Program-made: the position numbers and the translations under genes | IMG/VR virus record: IMGVR_UViG_3300027892_000030 | Coordinates: 1 to 61,175 of that record | Direction: 5' to 3' (one strand) | Origin: a virus | Lineage: Duplodnaviria; Caudoviricetes | DNA length: 61,175 nt | Shown: positions 11,001-18,820 of the stretch, piece by piece | Numbering within the stretch: position 1 is the stretch's first letter | Layout of the letters: the number at the start of each line of letters is the position of its first letter | Notes under the pieces: generated by a model | Databases searched by the model: none | Told to the model about the DNA's origin: nothing | Seen by the model: only the letters and a program-made list of their open reading frames with translations

Positions 11001-14000
11001 CATAAGAGAAATATAAAGACTTATCTTTAATCTTATCGATCATTTCATTAGTCATTTCATATTTAGCTTGCTTAGCAGCACTAGTTAATGTTGAATCACT
11101 AACTACCACTTCTCCACCAGGAAGAACAAATACAGAAATAGCATCAGCATTTTGGCTCTTCATAGATTTCCAGAATGCAGAAACAAGTTGCCAATCTAAT
11201 TTCTTATAATCAATTGGTATACTAGGAGCAACCTTTGTAAGTCTTTTGTATAAGTTCTCAAAATTAGGATCTCCCTTAGCCATTTCTTTAAGTCTAAGTA
11301 ACATATCATCAATGTCAATAGAATCATATAACTTGTTTTTCAACTTAATGAACACCTCATCAGCAGGCATAAGAATAGCACCACCAATAGAAGAACGTTT
11401 AACTTTTAATTCTCTTTCTCCTTGTTCATTAACACCCTCATATGAAATAGGAAGAGTTCCTAATAATAACTTAACAGCACCATTTGCTTTTCTGAATGAA
11501 TCAATCTTTCTAGCATCTCCAAATCCTTCATCTTTAGATTTCTCAATATCTTCTAATGCTAGTTCATCATTCTCATCAAACTCTATGTTGAATGTTTTAA
11601 GTTTCTCTTTATGTCTAGTAATAATATTATCCCATTGAGCATCTACAGTGTTGTATAATGTTTCAATATCGTTATATTGTTTTATAGCATCTTCTTCAGA
11701 TGTAATACCATCAGCAACATTTTTTTCTATAAGATCTGCTTGATGACCAATTATATCTAATATTCTTACATTAAGTTTTTGATAAAGTTCTTTCTGTCTA
11801 GGTCTTACCACATTGAATAAACTTTCATCTCTTTCAACAAAATCTTTAAGAGTGATAAATGTCATGTCATCAATGATCTCATGTAATTGAGCTGCAGGAA
11901 TTCCTACCACTCTCAAATCAGAATAATCATCAGCAGAAGCATTTTCTATATCAGTTACACCCACATTAGCATAAGCTAATTGAGACATGTAAGGATTGAA
12001 TGTAGCATAGTATCCATTACCTATCTTGTTGAATAACTCTTTTGTATTACGTTGAGCATCTTTACCAACAAAGAAAGATTTAATGAAGTCAATCAATTCA
12101 GAGAACAATCTACCTATTAAACTCTTAGATGCAATTGGTTCTCCTAATTTATCTTTAAGAACAGCATCTCTAAACTCTTCAGCAAGTTCTTCTTTGATTT
12201 GGAAAGCTGTAGCATTTTTATATGCAACAGTCTCACCTGTTTCTCTATCTACAAATGTTCCTGGTCTACTTGCAAACTCTTTAAGGATAGCTTCTTTTTC
12301 TTTTGCATCAGCAAACATTTTCCATACAGCTTCAAACACCTCGTGATACACAGTACCCACCTCAGCGTTTTCATATATGTAGATAGCACCATTATGAAGC
12401 ATACCCCAAGCTTGTCTACCATTAGTACCTTGAATGATATTCTTCACTCTGTATAAAGGAACATTAGGAAGCATCTTCTTGATACCTTCTTCTAACTTAG
12501 CCCAGTCTTCACTTTGGAACTTTTTAGCTTGTTTAGATAAAGCTACACGCATTGCTGAATCATCAGGAGATTGTGTTCTTTGTCTAGTAGCAAACTTACT
12601 TACTTTAGCAGGTTTTGGTTCAGCAGGTGGAGTTGGTATAGCTTCTTCTTTTTCTTCTTTTAAAGCAGCTATCTCAGCATCGTACTTAGCATTGATTTCT
12701 GCATTTTTCTTTTTATAATCTTCTAATGCCTGATTTGTTTTATCAGTATCTTCATTTGTACCTTTACCTTCTAATGTTGTAAGATCAAGAGGCGGAAGTT
12801 TATTAGTTTTTAATTCAGCTTTTCTTCTTTCTTCTATATCAGCTTTCTTATCAATAGGTTTTTCCTCAGCAAAAATATCAAATCCTTCAGGCATAGGAGG
12901 AGGTCCTTCAGTAGTTGGTGTAAATGGTGTAGCAAGTGCAGGTTGAACTGGAATCTTCATTCCTTCCAATTGTGGAAGCACCTTCATGTATATATCATTA
13001 CCAATTAATTGTTTAGCTTCTTCTCCTGGAATATTTTTAGCTTCAGCAACTGATTTTAAAACTTCTCCATCAAAAGAACCAAACTGAATATTAAACCCTT
13101 CTTTAGTTTCATTAAACTTCTTACCATCTAATGTAAATATTATCTTACCATGACTTCCTATCTGTATAGTGTTCTCTCCTAACCCATCTAATACAAATGT
13201 TGTTTGTGGAGCATCAGCTGCAGGTATCTTTGCCTTAGTTTTGAATGCATCCAACTGTGGTCTTAGTTTAGCTAAGATGGCACCATATACAACAGCTCTA
13301 GCTTGATCAACGTCTTTAGGTTCATTAGGATCAAGACCTTTTTCAGTCATGATTCCTGCCATTGTAGTGGGTTCAAATGTTATGCTAAATCCTTCATTTC
13401 CATCTGTATCTGTAAACTTTCTAGCATCTATTTTAAAAGGAATCTTACCAAATTTAGAATTCCATTCATTCTCTCCACCCTCTAAGTTATATTCTTTTTG
13501 TGTAGGTGCTGTAGAGAATTCAGGTTGTTTAGCATCAGCTGTTGCTGTTGGAGCTGCTGGTGCAGGAGCTTGTGTAACTACAGGCTCTCGTTTAGGAATA
13601 AAGAAATCATCTGCTACTGAATCTAATGTAAAATAGATTCCTTTCTTATTAGGAATATTAGGATCAGTTAATGGTCTCACTTGTGTAACCAAAGGAATCT
13701 CTTCATTAGTTCTTCCCTCAGCTGATAATAAGTATGTTTGGTAGTTATCCCAATCTTTTGTAATTGGTTTACCTTCTTCATCTATACCAGTTATCTCTGT
13801 ATATTTTTTCTTGAATGATTCTGTATTAACCTTAGTAGCATTAACATTGTTATACATACCTCTAAGGATAGCCTTAATCTCATTCTCTTTAAGTTCTAAT
13901 CCACTTGTTGTAAAATCAAATGCTTCACCACCAAGACCTGATAAGAATAATTTACTGAAAGACTTATTACCTTCTGTAACATCTTCAAACCAAATACTAT

Positions 14001-17000
14001 TGTATCCAGGATTTTCTTTTCTTTCTCCTGTCTGTGTATTTCTAGGAACACCCCAGTAAACAATAGTCTTTAACCAATTAAATAAATATTGTGTCTCAGC
14101 TGTTTTAGTAGTGCCATCTTTTGTTGTGTTCTTAGTTACCTGAAGCATTACATCATAGATAGTATTTACTTCATTCTCTGTAAGGTTTCTGTTTTTTAAT
14201 TTAATTAATCCACCAGGAACTTTTAAGAACACTCTACCTTGTGGAGTATCAAATGTCACTTTACCATATGTAACAGAGTCATTGCTTGTAGCAACCATTA
14301 ATACAGGATCTTCAATCAAAGCTCCTTCTTCTAATAGTCCTGTAGTTTCTACAGCCACTCTAGCATCATAGTCTCTTACTTCTTTTCCTTTCTCATCTAG
14401 ACGTGTTACATAATCTGGAATACCAAATGATGCAGCAATAGGCTGTGGTTCAGGAATAGATTCTTCTTGTAAACGATCATTTCTCCATTTACTATATTGT
14501 TGTCTTAAAGATGTTTGTACAGCTTCATCAGTAGAAGCTCTAAACATAGAACTTCTTTCTCTATTACCATCTTTGTTTGTATATGTAGCTTCTAGTTCTT
14601 CATTAGGGAACACTTGGAAGATAGCATTTTTAATAGGGTCAGCTAATTGTTCTTTGGTAAAAGGAACACCATTCTCATCAACTAATGTAAATGTACCATC
14701 TTCATTGTCTTGTACCATTACAAGAGCAATGATTTTATTAGGATTGACAGGCTTACCTTGGTAATCAGTAGCTCTTCCTTCATCAGTTAGATAGTTCATA
14801 AGACCATCTACACCAGCATCAGCTTCTGTAGCAGCAGTGACAATCATTCCACGAAGAGCATTTCTATTATCAAACTTATGCATGTTGAAACCAAAACGGT
14901 TTGCTCTTGCATGATGTTCTCTAATCTGCTCACCTTCTTTACCTCTAGTAACAGCAATAGTAGATCCCACTACATCAAGATCATCTTTCTTAGCAGATGC
15001 TTCGTAGTATGCATTACTAAAGAAACTCTGTACATCAAGACTATTAGTTCCTAAGTATTCAGCACGAAGAGCTTGATCATTCTGAAGTCTTCTTTCTTCT
15101 TCTTGTTGTTTTTTATATTTATCAGCAATCTGTTTGAACTTATTGAGAATCATCTCCTTAGCTTCAATCTCTTGTTGCACTTCATCTAATGATCCTTGCA
15201 TAATAGCTAAATGATCAACAAGATCTTTTAGTCTTTGCTCATTGATATTGATGTCACCATCTTCCATCTCAGCAACAACATCATCGATCATCTGTAAGTC
15301 TGATCTATAATTAGGCTTAAGCTTAAGGAAGTTAGGATTGTCTTTTAAGAAGTCAACCCAGTCTTGTCCCATAAGTCTAGGAACATTTGGATACTTAGAT
15401 TCAAATGCAGATATAAGTTTAGATATATAATCAATAGTTGAATCTAATGCAGCCTGAGTATCTCTAGCTAATTTAGATAGAGTGGTGATTTGTTTCTGAG
15501 TTGTTTCTTGTAACACTTCAAGATCTATAATTTCATCTTGTAACTCATCCATGAAGTCTTTGAAATTGGTTGAGTACTCATCTATATTAGCAGCCATGTC
15601 TGTAATATAACTAAGTGTAGCATCAATCTCTTCAGCATCTAATTGTAAAGACTCTATCTCTCTTTCTAATTGCTCTTGCATTCTAGATAGACGCATAGCA
15701 TTATCAAGAGCTCTTGTTGTAGCAGCTTTAAACTTAAATGCTTTTGTACGCTTATCAAGCTCAGCTGATTCTATTTCTTTCTGTAAAGCTTCGTATTCTT
15801 CTTTAGCCTTAGTAAGTTCTTTTTGTTTCTGATCAATTGTTTTCTCTATCTTATCTTGCTTAGTAGCTAAGTCATCAAACAAATCATTTAATATTTGAAG
15901 ACGTGCTTCACGTTTAGCTTGTATACGTGGATCTTCTTGAGCAACAAAATCATCTTTTGCTTTTTGTTGAGCTGCAGTTAGTTCACCAACTTCTTTAATC
16001 ATAGGTTCTGCAAACCCTTTCTTAGCAACAAATTGATCTCCTGTAACTTCAATCTCTTTTATCTCTCCTTTTTTGTTTCTGTATTTAAACATCATTTGAC
16101 CAGTCTCAGGATCAAATTCTATTCTACCTTTTTGTTTACCATACTTCTTACCAAAGTTGAATTCATAGATAGTGTTCCAATGTTCCATATAGAACTTGGC
16201 TTTCTTATTCTTTAATGTAGAATCAACCTTACCTAGATTATATCTCTCTAATGTAGATTCTTTTAAATCATATACATTACCATCTGAGTCTTGCACTTTA
16301 ATTGTACCATCATCATTCTTACCTAATACAATCATTCTAGGAGCACGATATACTTCATGTCCTTTATCATCAAAGTCAACCACCTTACCTAAGAAATACT
16401 CTGTACCTATTTCAATGTCTCTAGGTCCTCTTTTAGTTTTGATAGAAATAGTTTCTTTAGGTCCTGTTACAGGTTCTTCAAACTCTCTTCTCTCTTGAAT
16501 ATAGCTAGCTGGATTAGCAATAAGGTCATTGTAATCTTTAAGATATTCTTTTCTTCTCATTGCTAACTCAACAGAGTCTACCAAATCTTGTTTAACTTCT
16601 GCAGTGTTAACTTCTGGATTAGCATCAAGTTCAGCAAGTTTATCAGCAAGAGCTGTAGATTCTGGATTAGTTAATTCTTCATTAACAATAGATTGTACAT
16701 CAATTCCATTACTTACAGGAAGAGTAGCCACTTGAGGAATACGCAAGTCATAGTCTGCCACTTTACTAGCAGCATAAGACATTTGATCAATTGCTTGATC
16801 AGAATACTTTCTTTGTTGTTGCCCTTTGTCGTTTAATATAGGTTTACCTTCTGCATCTTTTAATATCTCTCCAGAGTATCTTAGATTAGTAGATGCATAG
16901 ATTTGATCTGTGTTCTTAGCTGTAGTTTCAAAATACGAAAGTCTAGCATTGAATGTTTCAGCTGTATCATTTATATTAGCAAGACCTGCTTGTTTAAGAC

Positions 17001-18810
17001 CTGCTAATCCTTCAGGAGTCATAGAATCTTTTCTCATCTCTTTGATGTCATCCATAACCATATCTATCTTACCATATTTAATACGTGGTGCTAGATAGTT
17101 ATGCATCATATCTGCATTAAGATCTTTTGCTTCTAATTCATCTCCTTGTTCAATAGCTTCTTCTTGTTGTTCTTGAAGAACCACTCCTCTATTTACAGCA
17201 TCCATTTTATATTGAAATGCTTCTTTGTATGTAGGTGCATTATTAAGTTCTTGTAAGAAAGCTGCAGTGTTTGTTTTAGTAGCTTTACTCATCATGTAAT
17301 TACCTCTAGCTTGCATAACTCCACCAGTAAGACCTCCAATAAGTCCACCTTCAAGTCCTTCTTTAGAGTTTAATGCTCCCACTCCTTTGCCAGATTCATC
17401 TGTTCCATACAATCCATATAGAACACCATCAACTAATACACTAGCGTCATCTCCTTTGAATGCTTTATTATAATAGTTTTGTGTTCCTATCTGTACAGCA
17501 TACTGACCAATCTCTTGACCCATCTCTTTAGGATCAAACACATACTTACCTACACCTTTAACTTTATTATATAGTTTACCAAAATTAGTTTTAGCTGTTT
17601 GTCTAGCAACATATTGACCATTTTCTAATACAACATCATTAGTCATTCTAGATAAACTATTTGCAGCTTGTCTTTCAGAAGCATATGTACTTCCCATTAA
17701 CTTAGGAAGCTGTACATATTCTGTAGCTGTTAATAAAGCCATATTAGTAAGGAAAGATGCTTTCCCCACTTTAGCTGTTGTTTCATCTATTCTCTTTAAT
17801 TGTTCTTCATTTAATGCTACACCAAAGTTAGCTCTTGTCTGTTGATCAATTAATTTATCTCTAAATTCATTAGATGTTTGTAATCCTTCAAATGCAGACT
17901 CTCCAGCTTGAGAATATGCAGCTACACCAAATCTTCTACCAACACTATTCACATAACCAAACTGATTTGTTTGTGCTGCAATCTCAGCCATCTTAGATGT
18001 TCTTTGTGTAATGTCAGCAATAGAAGAAATCTCTCCTTCTAATAAAGCAGCAGCTTCAGCATTCTTACCTGCAGAGAAAGCTCTTGCAGTATTTTTTAAT
18101 AATGGAGAGAAAGCTTTAAATGATTGAGCAGCATCTAATGCAGCAGCTCCTTGACCAATTGCAGTACCTGCAGCTTTAAGTGCACTGTTAGCAATGTTAC
18201 CAGAGATGATAGCACCTACAGCAAATCCAGAGTTTTTGATTGCTTTATCAAATAAGAAGTTTGCTGTCCACCAGTTATCAGGAGAATACCAGTTAGCATT
18301 CTTTTCTTGATCTGTATAATAGTTTGGTAGATATTCTTGATCCACCTTTTCATTCCATTTATCAATTCCCTGCATTACAGGGTTATCCCATATGTCAGAA
18401 AGTCTTCCTGTAAACAAAGAAGATATAGCACCACCCACTGTAGCAAATCCACCAACAACAGTTGTAGCTGCAAGGTTAGTTCCTTTTAATATTCCATTAA
18501 CACCTTTTGATAAAACAGATTGTTGTGCTCCCCAAGCATCTTCATTGTTAGCTCCATAAATAACAGTATCATATCTACCAGTTAAATCAGATGCAACATC
18601 AGACAAATAGGTTTTACCTGGTCTAATTTCACTAGGATCTACTTGACGATTTTGAAGATTGATTCTGTCATCTTGAGACAATGGTCTTCCTGTTCTTAAT
18701 CCAGGAAATCCTGTAGTTAAGGGAGTGGTAGTGATTGAACCAATGTTAGGATTAAGGGGACCTCTTACATAAGGTTGTCCTGCTAGATTTGGATTTTTAG
18801 GATCTGGCAT
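5011..18810 (-). CDS. Virion-packaged DNA-dependent RNA polymerase polyprotein (crAss-like, phi14:2 gp66-type core) with zincin-like and C-terminal ASCH-like domains
   Basis: 4599-aa ORF. Catalytic motif GSDFDIDK (DFDID at 8083-8097) preceded by RIPTQ (8200-8214), as in crAss-like virion RNAPs. YHEVFEAVW...EELAEEF zincin-like motif at ~12331-12345. Long coiled coil and Gly-rich hydrophobic N-terminal helices. Confidence 0.92.
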   Translation of the reverse strand: MPDPKNPNLAGQPYVRGPLNPNIGSITTTPLTTGFPGLRTGRPLSQDDRINLQNRQVDPSEIRPGKTYLSDVASDLTGRYDTVIYGANNEDAWGAQQSVLSKGVNGILKGTNLAATTVVGGFATVGGAISSLFTGRLSDIWDNPVMQGIDKWNEKVDQEYLPNYYTDQEKNANWYSPDNWWTANFLFDKAIKNSGFAVGAIISGNIANSALKAAGTAIGQGAAALDAAQSFKAFSPLLKNTARAFSAGKNAEAAALLEGEISSIADITQRTSKMAEIAAQTNQFGYVNSVGRRFGVAAYSQAGESAFEGLQTSNEFRDKLIDQQTRANFGVALNEEQLKRIDETTAKVGKASFLTNMALLTATEYVQLPKLMGSTYASERQAANSLSRMTNDVVLENGQYVARQTAKTNFGKLYNKVKGVGKYVFDPKEMGQEIGQYAVQIGTQNYYNKAFKGDDASVLVDGVLYGLYGTDESGKGVGALNSKEGLEGGLIGGLTGGVMQARGNYMMSKATKTNTAAFLQELNNAPTYKEAFQYKMDAVNRGVVLQEQQEEAIEQGDELEAKDLNADMMHNYLAPRIKYGKIDMVMDDIKEMRKDSMTPEGLAGLKQAGLANINDTAETFNARLSYFETTAKNTDQIYASTNLRYSGEILKDAEGKPILNDKGQQQRKYSDQAIDQMSYAASKVADYDLRIPQVATLPVSNGIDVQSIVNEELTNPESTALADKLAELDANPEVNTAEVKQDLVDSVELAMRRKEYLKDYNDLIANPASYIQERREFEEPVTGPKETISIKTKRGPRDIEIGTEYFLGKVVDFDDKGHEVYRAPRMIVLGKNDDGTIKVQDSDGNVYDLKESTLERYNLGKVDSTLKNKKAKFYMEHWNTIYEFNFGKKYGKQKGRIEFDPETGQMMFKYRNKKGEIKEIEVTGDQFVAKKGFAEPMIKEVGELTAAQQKAKDDFVAQEDPRIQAKREARLQILNDLFDDLATKQDKIEKTIDQKQKELTKAKEEYEALQKEIESAELDKRTKAFKFKAATTRALDNAMRLSRMQEQLEREIESLQLDAEEIDATLSYITDMAANIDEYSTNFKDFMDELQDEIIDLEVLQETTQKQITTLSKLARDTQAALDSTIDYISKLISAFESKYPNVPRLMGQDWVDFLKDNPNFLKLKPNYRSDLQMIDDVVAEMEDGDININEQRLKDLVDHLAIMQGSLDEVQQEIEAKEMILNKFKQIADKYKKQQEEERRLQNDQALRAEYLGTNSLDVQSFFSNAYYEASAKKDDLDVVGSTIAVTRGKEGEQIREHHARANRFGFNMHKFDNRNALRGMIVTAATEADAGVDGLMNYLTDEGRATDYQGKPVNPNKIIALVMVQDNEDGTFTLVDENGVPFTKEQLADPIKNAIFQVFPNEELEATYTNKDGNRERSSMFRASTDEAVQTSLRQQYSKWRNDRLQEESIPEPQPIAASFGIPDYVTRLDEKGKEVRDYDARVAVETTGLLEEGALIEDPVLMVATSNDSVTYGKVTFDTPQGRVFLKVPGGLIKLKNRNLTENEVNTIYDVMLQVTKNTTKDGTTKTAETQYLFNWLKTIVYWGVPRNTQTGERKENPGYNSIWFEDVTEGNKSFSKLFLSGLGGEAFDFTTSGLELKENEIKAILRGMYNNVNATKVNTESFKKKYTEITGIDEEGKPITKDWDNYQTYLLSAEGRTNEEIPLVTQVRPLTDPNIPNKKGIYFTLDSVADDFFIPKREPVVTQAPAPAAPTATADAKQPEFSTAPTQKEYNLEGGENEWNSKFGKIPFKIDARKFTDTDGNEGFSITFEPTTMAGIMTEKGLDPNEPKDVDQARAVVYGAILAKLRPQLDAFKTKAKIPAADAPQTTFVLDGLGENTIQIGSHGKIIFTLDGKKFNETKEGFNIQFGSFDGEVLKSVAEAKNIPGEEAKQLIGNDIYMKVLPQLEGMKIPVQPALATPFTPTTEGPPPMPEGFDIFAEEKPIDKKADIEERRKAELKTNKLPPLDLTTLEGKGTNEDTDKTNQALEDYKKKNAEINAKYDAEIAALKEEKEEAIPTPPAEPKPAKVSKFATRQRTQSPDDSAMRVALSKQAKKFQSEDWAKLEEGIKKMLPNVPLYRVKNIIQGTNGRQAWGMLHNGAIYIYENAEVGTVYHEVFEAVWKMFADAKEKEAILKEFASRPGTFVDRETGETVAYKNATAFQIKEELAEEFRDAVLKDKLGEPIASKSLIGRLFSELIDFIKSFFVGKDAQRNTKELFNKIGNGYYATFNPYMSQLAYANVGVTDIENASADDYSDLRVVGIPAAQLHEIIDDMTFITLKDFVERDESLFNVVRPRQKELYQKLNVRILDIIGHQADLIEKNVADGITSEEDAIKQYNDIETLYNTVDAQWDNIITRHKEKLKTFNIEFDENDELALEDIEKSKDEGFGDARKIDSFRKANGAVKLLLGTLPISYEGVNEQGERELKVKRSSIGGAILMPADEVFIKLKNKLYDSIDIDDMLLRLKEMAKGDPNFENLYKRLTKVAPSIPIDYKKLDWQLVSAFWKSMKSQNADAISVFVLPGGEVVVSDSTLTSAAKQAKYEMTNEMIDKIKDKSLYFSYEPKTGRYFATDKIKSMPLSGSDLTTYTALLKELGIEFDIKALKKLKDDQLLNFTDAVEGIKNQFTQLNDQGKAKTDEEVAKDEAEGKIARGIAVLTPRTLNIEKRLMQLGLTRAIIENKGFESTYFNMNGERTQTYIGVNALSNLHNVLSKLNNITELSSNPAYKQYEYLRTDAFAKGSVMMQKMFNLHPTKGTGKRISNTQDLMKSVYIDGTDNQRNGKKKESSKLTAKERIVQEINLNLDGYYLNLVPGDAAIEWAVKMVNFIDNQEFLDKDYHEIFRDYFLSEVELARDERFIVEGKGNKSTDLRFFKAILGEELHNKIMKSTNSQYTSEELYNGNPSKGFKGYASEINAAVDAFIKEDALQTEDLLRGYGIVYSGSEGLTIDDINFNDDIELTDKTLKDKLQVLSVNYMIANIEMHKLLYSDPYQYSDELKRIKNFNSPRQALMVGSQDVNAALNEVYNKGFKPGDAGYTDMTLDYFRAITLGDVLSVSDLKGYDPYAETDGGGYILDKANRVFGIRSGEWTEDNEAQYRHDMAYYDLVKAGATKRELDKFDRNSPDVASTYTPRKPIVSGNKMDGRDYNDVVLHKFALLPLSFRLLHKMNPNSNAIKLYDKMLNENVDYAVYESGSKVGAEKISPLYDKNGKFDETPFEDANAQNDIYAKQAVSNIPFSIMGVQAEVPSKESNYVTQGSQITKLVTLDFMQAGVPIDFDTTTKDFNARFIKWLKLSPEQKLEQSELYRDIKHNQDMLEAKIEQGYKSLLKKLGLSKTAKGFEISNVKKLTDTLRDEILKREVNDNITDAFRGFESGDTVLEATPAYQQIRNILYSIANKNVVSPKIKGGMKVQIPSTLLESERPGEQVVNGKNVYSSNLLKFYTRNENGKTINVCQIMVAKWFKSDMSDEELMDYFNNDPEGKKQFEAIMGVAFRIPTQKQNSIDVFEIAKFLPEGYKDSVVIPSELVKKAGSDFDIDKLSIYLKNIYPGNDKKPKVVPYLGTGEEAIKKFGELYDKGEFNEYLNSKKDLLKRGERGDKILEAIFAEEYSLQKEDVINDLYNQSLENEYMISLQKLISNDLNFENLIKPNSADQLKELTDKISKKLGRTKIDYGSVGNMLSRSFMTNLRHAFVTGKYAIGIAAVNQTNHSQNQRSLIYVDPTKLKTVIDPVDEKWLGDGQVNFKKYNSVVVNGVKRATLSMIKDADGKNYISDVIGQFIDGYVDISKGPWIMEMGANPNVASTWMLLVKLGVPINTVGYFMNQPIIRDYLKTIQNNGYSWLFIDKFVSDAKYDYLTDDNVFIDTIPSEKELFDMVGMTAEDMQNSPKMLAQQQFILDEFLKYAMMGNHLFQVTQGSNFDTATINDPYLITKKRVQVEKAQKTIFSSIDNEGNVIPAVDAILKNSFIGPLANTIYDVRDAFAEILISDRKNIRRVMESVLIPYSELPDRDFIKVSQKAVNDLFDWAVQNDRKLNNSVKKILLGTSTEKSAAKQIIEFRDKVMKDKDHPLHNNMIINSLQLESGRKIVLDEYKLRDGNVYKRENISRELLEKLLYGPREIKRFMNLLIASPDNISIKGKSNKIYDQNMIIYGFNELKEKLGDEQKDLYGKLVRLAVIQSGLTNSPIAFTNLLPYDDFREFYNQTLSNLENIPNLADFKTLDIMERTNWNSPNTVTYKRGQMQESAAGNWYYPERAFLSKKLSDKINKGLPEMIVFSMFSREGADDFISYSWEENITKNQRIKARKTGDTSHVNKGLFKKVYRINEKGERVPLIQESTFKGKDGIERTYFNYVYKMINAWGDSFRAQEFYGKEFPLDPTSTVSRSSVLDNGFLKVEREVEDSEIELALLGTTQIVSATIQPNSDVIGEIKMQSDNIAKIKSGTKTITNRTERERLEDGVYTLSDGSKVEVKSLGLLDVQYIGDGILVTSNETNTSFSGEEYAKAEGFKDWNDFKKNNKFSTNFINGTQSRYVYSIKPIVEKPDSLSQEEWDALSDEEKNKINEC

Positions 18811-18820
18811 AATCTATTAT

